Shown: positions 17,524 to 27,076, numbered from the stretch's first letter. The stretch is 64,000 nt of DNA from Candidatus Oxydemutator sp. (GCA_965203445.1 OZ241883.1:896001-960000), one strand, 5' to 3'. The notes: a model not told the origin generated them from the letters alone. Translations and numbers: made by a program.

Positions 17524-19691
17524 TGCAGTTCCGCATTGCCGACACCTTTACCGATAGTCTGGCGAAGCTGACCGGCGGCGAGCAGAAGGCGGCAAAGATC
17601 ACCGCGTTTGATTTGCAGCGGAACCCGGCCAGCCCGGGTTTGCGGTTTCATAAATTGAGCGGGGCGCGCGATCCGAACTTCTGGTCGGTGCGCGCGGGGC
17701 GCGATCTTCGGTTGATAGTGCACCGCACGCCGGACGGCCTGCTGCTGTGTTACGTCGGCCACCACGACAAGGCGTATCGGTGGGGTGAGCGCAGAAGGCT
17801 GGAAACCCATCCCCGCACCGGTGCCGCCCAGTTTGTCGAAATACGCGAGACCGTGCGCGAGACGGTGCACGAGACCGCCGCCGCGCAACCCGTCGAAGGC
17901 GCCCCGCCCGCACCGTCCGCACCGCCCACACAACCCACACCGCCCCAAAGAACCTTGTTCGCCGATATGGAGGACGAAAGCCTGCTCGCCTATGGCGTGC
18001 CTGAGGAATGGTTGGGCGAGGTTCGCGCGGCGAACGAGGACAGCCTGCTGGAGGTGGCCGAACATCTGCCGGCGGAGGCCGCGGAGGCGTTGCTGGAACT
18101 GGCGACCGGCGGGCGTCCCGAGCTTCCACGCGCGCCGGTTGCCGGCGCCGATCCGTTCGCGCATGCGGATGCCGGGCGGCGTTTCGGGGTCATCGAGAAT
18201 GCGGACGAACTGGCGCGGGCGCTCGAATATCCGTGGGAGAAGTGGACGGTTTTTCTGCATCCGGCGCAGCGTCGGATTGTCGAGTGGGACTACGACGGGC
18301 CGGCGCGCATTTCGGGTTCGGCGGGCACGGGCAAGACGATAGTGGCGCTGCACCGCGCGGCGTTTCTGGCGCGCCGCCACCCGGAGGCCCGGGTGCTGCT
18401 GACGACTTTTTCCGCGCCGCTGGCGGCCGCGCTGCAAACAAAACTGCGGCGGCTGATATGCAACGAGCCGCGCCTCGGCGAGCGTATCGAAGTCGGCGCC
18501 GTGGACGAGGTCGGGGAGCGTCTTTACAAAGCGCGCTTCAAGGCGCGCTTCGGCGCCCCGCGGATTGCGTCCCGCGAACACGTCCGGCGGCTGCTGGCGC
18601 AGGCGGGCCGCGACCTGGAGGGCCTCGCGTCGCGGCGGCGCTTTCTGCTGGAGGAATGGGAAGACATGGTGGACGCCCCGCAGATCGAGACCTGGGAAGC
18701 CTATCGGGACGTGCGCCGGGCGGGGCGCAGGATACGCCTGTCGGAACGCCAGCGCGCCGAACTGTGGCCCGTTTTTGCGAAGGTTCACGCGGGCTTGCGC
18801 GAGCAGGGCCTGATAACGCGCGCGGGGATGTTCCACCGGCTCGCGCGGGACATGGGCGGCACGGGCGACGTGGGCGACGTGGGCGAGCGGCGCGATCCGC
18901 CGTTCGATTTCATCATCGTGGATGAGGCGCAGGACGTAAGCGCCGCGCAGTTGCGGTTTCTGGCGGCGATGGGCGGGCGCCGGGCGAACGGCCTGTTCTT
19001 TACCGGCGATCTCGGTCAGCGGATCTTTCGGATGCCGTTCTCCTGGAAAGCGATGGGCGTCGACGTGCGCGGGCGCTCGCGGACGCTGCGCGTCAACTAC
19101 CGGACGTCGCACCAGATCAGGATGCGCGCGGATTGCCTGTTGGGTGCCGAAGTCGCCGACGCCGACGGCAACGTCGAGGATCGGCGCGGCACGGTATCCA
19201 CGTTCGGCGGGGAACCGCCGTTTGTCGGCGTGTTCGATACGCGAGGAGGCGAAACCGACGCGGTCACCGCCTGGCTGGAGAAGTGCGAACGGGACGGCAT
19301 GAAACCGCACGAGATCGGCGTTTTTGTCCGCTCGGGCGGGCAGATGACGCGGGCCGAGGAGGCCGTCCGCCAAGCGGGATTGTCGTTCAAGGCTTTGCGC
19401 GATGACGTCGAGATCGTCGCGGGACACGCCCTGATCGGCACGATGCATCTGGCCAAGGGGCTGGAGTTTCGCGCCGTCGCCGTGATGGCCTGCGACGAGG
19501 AGGTCATCCCGCTGCAACAGCGAATCGAGGCGGTGGCGGACGAGGCGGGTCTCGAAGAGGCGTACAACACCGAACGCCACCTGCTCTATGTAGCCTGCAC
19601 GCGCGCCAGAGACCGCCTGCTGGTGACGGGGGTCGCGCCAGCATCCGAGTTTCTGGACGACTTGCGGAACACGGGGGGAACCACAAGCTGA
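17523..19691 (+). CDS. SF1 UvrD-like helicase with N-terminal RelE-like domain
   Basis: ATG overlaps the Sir2 TGA; N-terminus ...FWSVRAGRDLRLIVH...YVGHHDKAY; GSAGTGKT, IVDEAQD, NYRT, TMHLAKGLEF, LYVACTRAR. Confidence 0.88.
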   Translation: MQFRIADTFTDSLAKLTGGEQKAAKITAFDLQRNPASPGLRFHKLSGARDPNFWSVRAGRDLRLIVHRTPDGLLLCYVGHHDKAYRWGERRRLETHPRTGAAQFVEIRETVRETVHETAAAQPVEGAPPAPSAPPTQPTPPQRTLFADMEDESLLAYGVPEEWLGEVRAANEDSLLEVAEHLPAEAAEALLELATGGRPELPRAPVAGADPFAHADAGRRFGVIENADELARALEYPWEKWTVFLHPAQRRIVEWDYDGPARISGSAGTGKTIVALHRAAFLARRHPEARVLLTTFSAPLAAALQTKLRRLICNEPRLGERIEVGAVDEVGERLYKARFKARFGAPRIASREHVRRLLAQAGRDLEGLASRRRFLLEEWEDMVDAPQIETWEAYRDVRRAGRRIRLSERQRAELWPVFAKVHAGLREQGLITRAGMFHRLARDMGGTGDVGDVGERRDPPFDFIIVDEAQDVSAAQLRFLAAMGGRRANGLFFTGDLGQRIFRMPFSWKAMGVDVRGRSRTLRVNYRTSHQIRMRADCLLGAEVADADGNVEDRRGTVSTFGGEPPFVGVFDTRGGETDAVTAWLEKCERDGMKPHEIGVFVRSGGQMTRAEEAVRQAGLSFKALRDDVEIVAGHALIGTMHLAKGLEFRAVAVMACDEEVIPLQQRIEAVADEAGLEEAYNTERHLLYVACTRARDRLLVTGVAPASEFLDDLRNTGGTTS

Positions 19692-20230
19692 CCTTCTCCC
19701 GGAGGGGAAGGGTGGCCGCAGGCCGGGTGAGGGTGCTAAGTTATGCAACGGCCCTGAACGGCCCTCACCCCTGCCCCTCTCCCAGAGGGAGAGGGGTTTT
19801 GTCAGGGAGAAGGTAGCCGCAGGCCCCCCATCAAACCTTCTCCCTCTACAAAAGGACAGCCGCAGGCTCCCTATCAAACCCTCTCCCTCTGGGAGAGGGT
19901 GGCCGTAGGCCGGGTGAGGGTGCCAAGTTATGCAACGGCCCTCAACGGCCCTCACCCCTGCCCCTCTCCCAGAGGGAGAGGGGTTTTATCAGGGAGAAGG
20001 TAGCCGCAGGCCCCCCATCAAACCTTCTCCCTCTACAAAAGGACAGCCGCAGGCTCCCTATCAAACCCTCTCCCTCTGGGAGAGGGTGGCCGTAGGCCGG
20101 GTGAGGGTGCCAAGTTATGCAACGGCCCTCAACGGCCCTCACCCCTGCCCCTCTCCCAGAGGGAGAGGGGTTTTGTCAGGGAGAAGGTAGCCGCAGGCCC
20201 CCCATCAAACCCTCTCCCTCTGGAAGAGGG
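19691..20230. repeat. Tandem array of a 187-bp unit (~2.9 copies) built from inverted REP-like palindromes
   Basis: GTTATGCAACGG recurs at 19740, 19927 and 20114; each unit contains CCCTCTCCC..GGGAGAGGG hairpins in both orientations. Confidence 0.92.
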
Positions 20231-20237
20231 AAAGTGG

Positions 20238-20531
20238 TTACCTCCAGTGCCGTTCTATGGCCTGGCGGTAACTTTCTCTGGCTTGTCGCACCCTTGCCTG
20301 CTCTTCCAGCCGGCGCGCGTGCCGGTTCGCCTTCCTGATCAGCCTGTTCTGTTCCTCCAGCAATCTGTTCTGGCGTCGGGCTTCATGCAGCGTCTGGCGC
20401 TGCTCCCAACGCGCGCTTCCATACGAGACCCTGTCGTCGTCGCAGGCCTCGGCCACGCCGACAAATGCCGGCAACGCGACGAGGATAAGTCCCAGGCAAA
20501 TCCCACCCATCAGATAATTGTCTCTCATCAT
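20238..20531 (-). CDS. Small secreted hypothetical protein
   Basis: AGGAGGAG SD, signal-peptide-like N-terminus (GGICLGLILVALPAFVGVAEA), coiled C-terminus. Confidence 0.6.
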   Translation of the reverse strand: MMRDNYLMGGICLGLILVALPAFVGVAEACDDDRVSYGSARWEQRQTLHEARRQNRLLEEQNRLIRKANRHARRLEEQARVRQARESYRQAIERHWR

Positions 20532-20704
20532 TGGTTCTCCTCCTTTGTTCGTTCGGGAAACGCGATCACATCTTCCGTTTCCTCGATCTGCTTCCTGAGT
20601 GCCCGTCTTTCCAACTCCCTCTTCTTGACCCCTGTCCGGATTCGGCACCTGGCAATCTCGATGGGGGCTATTGTATATAATTTCCTGAAATCCGCCGACT
20701 TCCA

Positions 20705-21172
20705 AAAGCAAGGGAACGCCCCACGGACGTTCCCGAATTATGCTACTCTATGGTTTATGGAGAGCAGGCCTTCAGGAATTGGGCTTTCGAGCGCGGGGGC
20801 GGTATTGGCCCAGGTCGCCCGTGGCGCCATGCGAATGCGTGCTTCCCTTTTTATTACTAACTCAGAATGAAAGAGGTTCGAGATGTCAGTCAAAAGAAAC
20901 ACTTATAAATACTACCTGAAAAAAGGTAATAGAATTGTACACGTCGGCATCACCAATAACCTGGAACGACGTGAAGCAGAGCATCAGCAAGGGCAAGCTG
21001 GCATACATATATATAAGGTAGGCAATCGTACTACTCGTCTGGCAGCTTTGGAATGGGAAGAGGAGCAAAGAAAAAAAGGCAAGCCGACGGGGCCTTAGGC
21101 CAAAAATCAGGGCAGAGTGTAGCAGCGCGCCATACTGCGCTTGTACACATCCCGAACCACCGAATGCCCGCA
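20705..21172 (+). repeat. 468-bp direct repeat, copy 1 (leader + GIY-YIG gene + tail)
   Basis: Colinear with 22668-23135 with scattered substitutions. Confidence 0.9.
20883..21098 (+). CDS. Minimal GIY-YIG nuclease (71 aa), copy 1
   Basis: YKYYL...HVGITNNLERREAEH...ALEWE; GAGG SD. Confidence 0.8.
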   Translation: MSVKRNTYKYYLKKGNRIVHVGITNNLERREAEHQQGQAGIHIYKVGNRTTRLAALEWEEEQRKKGKPTGP

Positions 21173-21350
21173 TACCGGTCGCCGGGACAAACCCGTCATC
21201 ATGGCAGGGTACCTGATTATGGGGGATAAATCGGCGCTTCTCGCGCATGTAAGAAACCAGCCGATATATTGCCAGCGTATTCAATAAAGCTGGAATTGCA
21301 AAATCAGGCCCCGCGCAAACCAAGGTTGTGCATTAAAAACAAATAAAACA

Positions 21351-22643
21351 ATGAGCCAACCAGCAAAACTGTTCATTACTTATGCCCATAAGGACAAAGC
21401 GGAAAAAGACGCCTTGATCGAGTGCCTTGCGGTGATGCGACAAAGAAGGGAGATAGAAATCTGGCACGACAACGAAATTCTCCCGGGCGACCAATGGAAG
21501 GAAAAAATTTCCCGTCGTCTTGCCGGTTCGGATATTCTCCTCTATCTCACCTCTCGGGCCAGCCTTGCCTCCGAAAACTGCAACAAAGAACTGTCTGAAG
21601 CATGGGAAATCAAAGAAAGGATACGCACGATTCCGATCATCCTTGAAGAATGCGACTGGGAGCGACATCCGATCAGTGAATTCGAGGCGCTGCCCCGCAA
21701 GGGCAAGCCCGTTAACAAATGGCAACATGAGGCTGAAGGTTGGCAAAATGTAGTCGAGGGCATACGCAAAATTGTCCGGGAAACTCGCCCGCGAACCGAA
21801 GAAGATCAAGATGAATCGCCGGCCCGCCTGATGCTGGAAACAGGCAATTTTTTCAGGATGCTGAGGCGATCAGGAGACGCAATAGACGTTTATTCGCAAG
21901 CCATCAAAATCGAACCGGATTATGCCGAGGCTTATAACAATCGCGGCATTGCTTACGATGACACAGGCGACTACGACCAAGCCATCCGAGACTACAGCAA
22001 AGCTATTGAACTCAAGCCGGATTATGCCGAGGCTTATAACAATCGCGGCATTGCTTACGATGACATGGGCGACTATGACCAAGCCATCCGAGACTACAGC
22101 AAAGCTATCGAACTCAAGCCGGAGCATATCGAAATCCATAACAATCGCGGCATTGCTTACAACAACAAGGGCGATTATGAAGAAGCCGTTCGAGACTTCA
22201 ACCAAGCCATTGAACTCAAGCCTGATTATGTCGAGGCCTATAACAATCGCGGCAATGCTTACGTTGAAAAAGGCGACTATGACCAGGCACTCCATAACTT
22301 CAACGTGGCGATTACACTGAAGCCGGATTATGCGGATATTTATAACAATCGCGGCAGTGTTTACGTTGACCAAGGCAAATTTGACCAAGCCATCCGAGAC
22401 TACGGCAAAGCCATTGCGCTGAGCTCGAATCTCGTCGAACCGTATCCCTATTTCAACCGCGGCATGGCTTGGTTGTACAAGCAGGCATGGGATAAAGCCA
22501 AGGCAGATTTGAAAGCCGCCGAGCAGAAGGGCGCAAGCGTTGTCGAGCTGTTTGCTAACGACTTCGACAGCGTCTCAACTTTTGAACGGGAATACCAGCT
22601 TCGACTACCGGATGACATCAGAGATATGTTGACTGTGGTCTGA
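21351..22643 (+). CDS. TIR domain + TPR repeat protein
   Basis: LFITYAHKD, IWHDNEILPG, SLASENCNKEL (catalytic Glu position); about six 34-aa YNNRG TPR units. Confidence 0.92.
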   Translation: MSQPAKLFITYAHKDKAEKDALIECLAVMRQRREIEIWHDNEILPGDQWKEKISRRLAGSDILLYLTSRASLASENCNKELSEAWEIKERIRTIPIILEECDWERHPISEFEALPRKGKPVNKWQHEAEGWQNVVEGIRKIVRETRPRTEEDQDESPARLMLETGNFFRMLRRSGDAIDVYSQAIKIEPDYAEAYNNRGIAYDDTGDYDQAIRDYSKAIELKPDYAEAYNNRGIAYDDMGDYDQAIRDYSKAIELKPEHIEIHNNRGIAYNNKGDYEEAVRDFNQAIELKPDYVEAYNNRGNAYVEKGDYDQALHNFNVAITLKPDYADIYNNRGSVYVDQGKFDQAIRDYGKAIALSSNLVEPYPYFNRGMAWLYKQAWDKAKADLKAAEQKGASVVELFANDFDSVSTFEREYQLRLPDDIRDMLTVV

Positions 22644-22667
22644 TGCAGGGGGCGGAAGAGGGGAAAT

Positions 22668-23135
22668 AAAGCAAGAGAACGCCCCCACGAGCGTTCCCGA
22701 ATTATGCTACTTTATGGTTTATGGAAAGCAGGTCTTCAGGAATAGGGCTTCCGAGCGCGGGGCCGGTATTGGCGCGGGGCGCCCGTGGCGCCATGCGAAT
22801 GCGTGCCGCCCTGTTTGTTACTAACTCAGAATGAAAGAGGTTCGATATGTCAGTCAAAAGAAACACTTATAAATATTACCTGAAAAAAGGCAATAGAATT
22901 GTGTACGTCGGCATTACCAATAATCTGAAACGACGTGACGCGGAGCACCGGCAGGGGCGGGGCGGCATACATATATATAAGGCGGGCCATCGCAGCAATC
23001 GTCTGGACGCTTTGAAGTGGGAAGCGGAGCAAAGAAAAAAAAGGGAGGCGACAGAGCCTTAGACCAAAATGGGGGCAGGGTGTAGCAGCGCGCCATACTG
23101 CGCTTGTACACATCCCGAACCACCGAATGCCCGCA
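22668..23135 (+). repeat. 468-bp direct repeat, copy 2
   Basis: Colinear with 20705-21172. Confidence 0.9.
22847..23062 (+). CDS. Minimal GIY-YIG nuclease (71 aa), copy 2
   Basis: YKYYL...YVGITNNLKRRDAEH...ALKWE. Confidence 0.8.
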   Translation: MSVKRNTYKYYLKKGNRIVYVGITNNLKRRDAEHRQGRGGIHIYKAGHRSNRLDALKWEAEQRKKREATEP

Positions 23136-23215
23136 CCAGAGTTTGGGGAACATCACCCCGTGCGAAGCCATCGAGAAGCAATTTTCTCATTTTTCCAGAA
23201 TGTGTTGGCCCCATA
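23098..23215 (+). mobile_element. Degenerate 3' end (IRR side) of an IS481 element
   Basis: GCCCGCACCAGAGTTTGGGGAACATCACCCCGTGCGAAGCCATCGAGAAGCAA...TCCAGAATGTGTTGGCCCC matches the reverse complement of ~1009-1100. Confidence 0.8.
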
Positions 23216-23271
23216 TTTTCCTCATACATTGCATTGCAAACTGTAATGTTATATGTTACACTTCGTAAACC

Positions 23272-23550
23272 ATGATCAAAAGCTTTTCGCACAAAGGAAT
23301 CAGAAACTTTTTCAGGACGGGTACAACTTCCGGCATTCAGACAAATCACGCCGCAAGGATCCGACTGATACTGACCAATCTGGATGTGGCGGAAAAGCCT
23401 GAAGACATGGATTTACCCGGCTTGGCTTTGCACCCATTGACAGGCGGACGAAAGACCTTCTGGGCAGTGAAAGTCAGCCGAAATTGGCGCATCACGTTTC
23501 GTTTCGATGAGCATGATGCTGAACTGATAGACTATGTGGATTACCACTGA
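23272..23550 (+). CDS. higB: HigB (RelE-family) toxin
   Basis: MIKSFSHKG...LHPLTG...WAVKVSRNWRITFRF...DYVDYH. Confidence 0.9.
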   Translation: MIKSFSHKGIRNFFRTGTTSGIQTNHAARIRLILTNLDVAEKPEDMDLPGLALHPLTGGRKTFWAVKVSRNWRITFRFDEHDAELIDYVDYH

Positions 23551-23561
23551 GGCGACAAACC

Positions 23562-23855
23562 ATGCGTATGTACAATCCGGCCCACCCGGGCGAGATCATA
23601 AGAGAACTGGTCATCACGCCGTTGGGCTTGACAATCAGTGAGACGGCCGACGCTCTTGGCGTAAGTCGCAATACGCTGCACCGGATACTGAAAGGCGACG
23701 GCGCCATCACGGCGGAGATGGCGATGCGCCTGGAAACGGTCTTTGGCAAGCCGGACGCTGCCCATTGGCTGCGGCTGCAAAACGCCTACGATCTCTGGCG
23801 CGTGGCACGCAAGGCCAAAAGCCTGGGCGCCCGTCCCATCGAACACGCCGCATGA
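23562..23855 (+). CDS. higA: HigA antitoxin (HTH_XRE)
   Basis: MYNPAHPGEII, ADALGVSR, MAMRL, WLRLQNAYDLW. Confidence 0.9.
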   Translation: MRMYNPAHPGEIIRELVITPLGLTISETADALGVSRNTLHRILKGDGAITAEMAMRLETVFGKPDAAHWLRLQNAYDLWRVARKAKSLGARPIEHAA

Positions 23856-23909
23856 AGAACTGCAAAAACCCGTAAAGCTCATGCCGGGCGGCGGCGCGTT
23901 CGGGTTTTG

Positions 23910-24719
23910 TCACATCGTCGCGCGCGCGACGACCCAGACTTCTATGTACCCGACGCCGGCGCGCGCGAGCAGTTTGGCGATTTCGGCGGCGGTGGCGCCG
24001 GTCGTCATCACGTCGTCCACGATGGCGACGCCGGTAGCGGCGGTCTTGCCGGCGCGCGGGGGCCGGCGCAGGCGGAACGCGCCTTGCAGGTTGCGGCGAC
24101 GATGTTGCGCATCGAGCGCGGTTTGCGGTTCCGTGTGGCGCGACTTCTCAAGACAGGCCGCATCCAGAGACAACCCCAGTTCCGTCGCCAGCACGCGCGC
24201 GATCTCAAGCGATTGATTGAAACCGCGTCGGCGCAGACGTTCCCGGTGCAGCGGCACCGGCACTATGCAATCCGGCGCGCCGGGCGGCACGCCGGTCAAC
24301 ACGTCGGGCGGCGCACCGCCACGCGCGCGGACGTGGCGTGCCAGCAGTTTGCCAAGCGTCAGCGCGTGTTCGAGGCGAAGGCCGTATTTGAACTCGCGCA
24401 CCAGGCGGTCGGCAGGGGGCGCGTAACGACACGGCGCCAGCGTCCGGTCGTAGGGCGGCGGCTTGCGCAGACACCGGGCGCACGTCCTGACCGCCGCGTC
24501 CGGCGGCGACGTCAGAGGCTCGCAGCAGATGCGGCAGTGCGTCGCCAACGCGGGCAGTTCGCCGAAACAGTGATCGCAGAGGCCGCCGTCGGTCTCGACA
24601 ACGCAACACAGCGGGCAGCGATACGGAAACAGGCGGCGCGTCGGCAGCGCCGCCGGCAGCGTCGGCAGCAAACCCGTCAACGAATGCACGAAGCGCCTCT
24701 TCAGCGCACGAGTTGACAC
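23910..24719 (-). CDS. comF: ComF family phosphoribosyltransferase-like protein
   Basis: CxxC clusters, VPVPLH..R...[17 protein letters not shown]; divergent from bioB. Confidence 0.88.
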   Translation of the reverse strand: MSTRALKRRFVHSLTGLLPTLPAALPTRRLFPYRCPLCCVVETDGGLCDHCFGELPALATHCRICCEPLTSPPDAAVRTCARCLRKPPPYDRTLAPCRYAPPADRLVREFKYGLRLEHALTLGKLLARHVRARGGAPPDVLTGVPPGAPDCIVPVPLHRERLRRRGFNQSLEIARVLATELGLSLDAACLEKSRHTEPQTALDAQHRRRNLQGAFRLRRPPRAGKTAATGVAIVDDVMTTGATAAEIAKLLARAGVGYIEVWVVARATM

Positions 24720-24763
24720 GCTCCCCGCTCCTTATAGACTGCCCCGAAACCCTCGCGCGGACG

Positions 24764-25843
24764 ATGAACGATCAAACGAACGGCCAGGCGACCGGCCCGA
24801 CAAACGACCCGACAAACGACTTGGCAAACAACTTGGCGAACAACCCGGCAAACGGCCCGACAAACGGTTCTGCAAATGGCCGAAGCGGGGCCGTGCGCCA
24901 CGACTGGCGCAAACGGGAAATCCTGCACCTGCTCGGCATGGCGTTCAACGACCTGCTGTCGCAGGCGCACCGGGTTCACCGCGCGTTTCACGATCCGAAC
25001 CGGGTACAGATCAGCACCCTGGTGTCGCTGAAGACCGGCGCCTGCCCCGAGGACTGCGCCTACTGCCCGCAAAGTGCGCGCTACCAGACACAGGTGACGC
25101 CCGAACGCCTGCTGCCGCCCGAACGGGTGCTCGAGGCGGCGCGGCGCGCGCGCGAGCAGGGCGCCGACCGCTTCTGCATGGGCGCGGCGTGGCGCTCGCC
25201 GCGCGCCAAGGACCTCGAGCGGGTGGCGGAGATGATCGAGGGCGTCAAGGCGCTGGGGCTTGAGACCTGCGCCACGCTCGGCATGTTGAGCGAGGAGCAG
25301 GCGCGGCGGCTGGCGGACGCCGGCCTCGACTATTACAACCACAACCTCGACACGTCGCCGGAGTTTTACGGGCGCATCATCACGACGCGCGTATATCAGG
25401 AGCGTCTCGACACGCTCGACAACGTGCGCAAGGCCGGCGTCAAGGTCTGTTGCGGCGGCATCCTCGGCATGGGCGAGACGCGCGCCGACCGCGCCGGCCT
25501 GCTGCAACAGCTTGCGAACCTGCCGCGACACCCGGAGTCGGTGCCGATCAACCGCCTGGTGCAGGTCGAGGGCACGCCGCTCTACGGCACCGACGCGCTC
25601 GATGCGCTCGAGTTCGTGCGCACGGTGGCCGCGGCGCGCGTGCTGATGCCGCGCGCCTGGGTGCGGCTGTCGGCGGGACGCGAGGAGATGTCCGACGAGA
25701 TGCAGGCGCTGTGTTTCTTCGCCGGCGCCAATTCGATCTTCTACGGCGAAAAACTGCTGACGACGCCGAACCCGGATACGCACGAAGACCGCCGGCTGTT
25801 CGAGCGGCTCGGTCTGCAAGCGGTCGCGGCGCGGCGCAGCTGA
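24764..25843 (+). CDS. bioB: Biotin synthase
   Basis: [31 protein letters not shown]; low-complexity N-terminal extension. Confidence 0.95.
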   Translation: MNDQTNGQATGPTNDPTNDLANNLANNPANGPTNGSANGRSGAVRHDWRKREILHLLGMAFNDLLSQAHRVHRAFHDPNRVQISTLVSLKTGACPEDCAYCPQSARYQTQVTPERLLPPERVLEAARRAREQGADRFCMGAAWRSPRAKDLERVAEMIEGVKALGLETCATLGMLSEEQARRLADAGLDYYNHNLDTSPEFYGRIITTRVYQERLDTLDNVRKAGVKVCCGGILGMGETRADRAGLLQQLANLPRHPESVPINRLVQVEGTPLYGTDALDALEFVRTVAAARVLMPRAWVRLSAGREEMSDEMQALCFFAGANSIFYGEKLLTTPNPDTHEDRRLFERLGLQAVAARRS

Positions 25844-25858
25844 GCGACGCGCGCGGAC

Positions 25859-27076
25859 GTGGCCCACGCGAACAGGGGGCGCGCGGACGCCGACGACCTG
25901 CGCGCGGATCTTGCGGCGCGCAAACGCCTGCACCTGTACCGCGAGCGCGGCGTAAGCGAAGGCCCGACCGGGACGCGGCGGCTGTGGAACGGGCGCGAGG
26001 TGCTGTCGTTCTGCGGCAATGATTATCTGGGCCTGGCGGCGGATAGGCGCGTGATCGAGGCCGGCGCGCGCGGCCTGCGACGCTACGGCGCCGGCGCCGG
26101 CGCGTCGTGCCTGGTCAACGGCTACACCGGCGCACACCGCGAGCTGGAGGAAAGCTTGGCGGCGTTTCTGGCGCGCGAACGGGCGCTGCTGTTCTCGTCC
26201 GGCTACCTTGCCAATCTGGGCGTCGTCGGCGCGCTGGCCGGCAGGACGAGCCGCCTGTTCGAGGATCGCCTGAACCACGCTTCGCTGGTCGACGCCGGCA
26301 TCCTGTCGAGGGCGCGCCTGCGACGCTATCCGCACCGCGACACCGCGTTTCTGCGCGCGCGGCTGCGGGCGCGGCTGCGCGCGCAGCTGCGGCGCGAAGA
26401 CGACTGCATCGTCGCAAGCGACGCGGTGTTCAGCATGGACGGCGACGTGGCGCCGCTCGCCGAACTCGCCGCGCTGTGCGCCGACGCCAGCGCCACGCTG
26501 ATAGTGGACGACGCGCACGGCATCGGCGTGCTCGGCGAAAACGGCGCCGGCGCGGTCGAGGCCGCGGGGTTGGGGTCGCGCGACGTGCCGTTGCTGGTCG
26601 GCACGCTCGGCAAGGCGTTCGGCGCCGCCGGCGCGTTCGTCGCCGGCGACGCCGACTGGATCGAGACGCTGGTGCAACGAGCGCGTACTTATATATATAC
26701 GACCGCGCCGCCGCCGGCGATTGCGTGCGCGGCTTTGCAAAGCCTTGCCCTCGTTCGTGAAGAAGGCTGGCGGCGGCAAAAATTGTTCGAGCACGTCGCG
26801 CGCTTTCGGCGCCTGGCGGCGCGCGCCGGGTTGCCGTGCCTCGCTTCCGAGACGCCGATCCAGGGCGTCGTCGCCGGCAGCGCCAAGCGCGCGCTCGCGT
26901 GGTCGCGGGCGCTGCTGGACGACGGCCTGCACGTGGCCGCCATACGTCCGCCGACGGTGCCGCAAGGCGGGGCGCGGCTGCGGATCACGTTGTCCGCCGC
27001 GCACGAACCCGGCGACGTCGAGCGGCTGGTCGAGACACTGGCGCGACACGTTCCGTGCACCGTCAAAGCAGATTGA
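25859..27076 (+). CDS. bioF: 8-amino-7-oxononanoate synthase
   Basis: NDYLGL, NHASL, VFSMDGD, DDAHG, GTLGKAFG, AIRPPTVP. Confidence 0.93.
   Translation: MAHANRGRADADDLRADLAARKRLHLYRERGVSEGPTGTRRLWNGREVLSFCGNDYLGLAADRRVIEAGARGLRRYGAGAGASCLVNGYTGAHRELEESLAAFLARERALLFSSGYLANLGVVGALAGRTSRLFEDRLNHASLVDAGILSRARLRRYPHRDTAFLRARLRARLRAQLRREDDCIVASDAVFSMDGDVAPLAELAALCADASATLIVDDAHGIGVLGENGAGAVEAAGLGSRDVPLLVGTLGKAFGAAGAFVAGDADWIETLVQRARTYIYTTAPPPAIACAALQSLALVREEGWRRQKLFEHVARFRRLAARAGLPCLASETPIQGVVAGSAKRALAWSRALLDDGLHVAAIRPPTVPQGGARLRITLSAAHEPGDVERLVETLARHVPCTVKAD

Noticed and set aside
17397-19955. 852-aa antisense ORF and similar long antisense ORFs (8352-10052, 24701-27112, 31978-33603, 59738-61309)
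   Set aside because: Stop-poor shadows of high-GC genes with clear families on the opposite strand; no recognisable motifs.
19691-20230. Possible CRISPR array
   Set aside because: Units are 187 bp and identical throughout, with no unique spacers and no cas genes in the window.
21895-22415. Diversity-generating retroelement template/variable repeats
   Set aside because: No reverse transcriptase in the window, and the differences are not restricted to adenines; these are ordinary TPR repeats.
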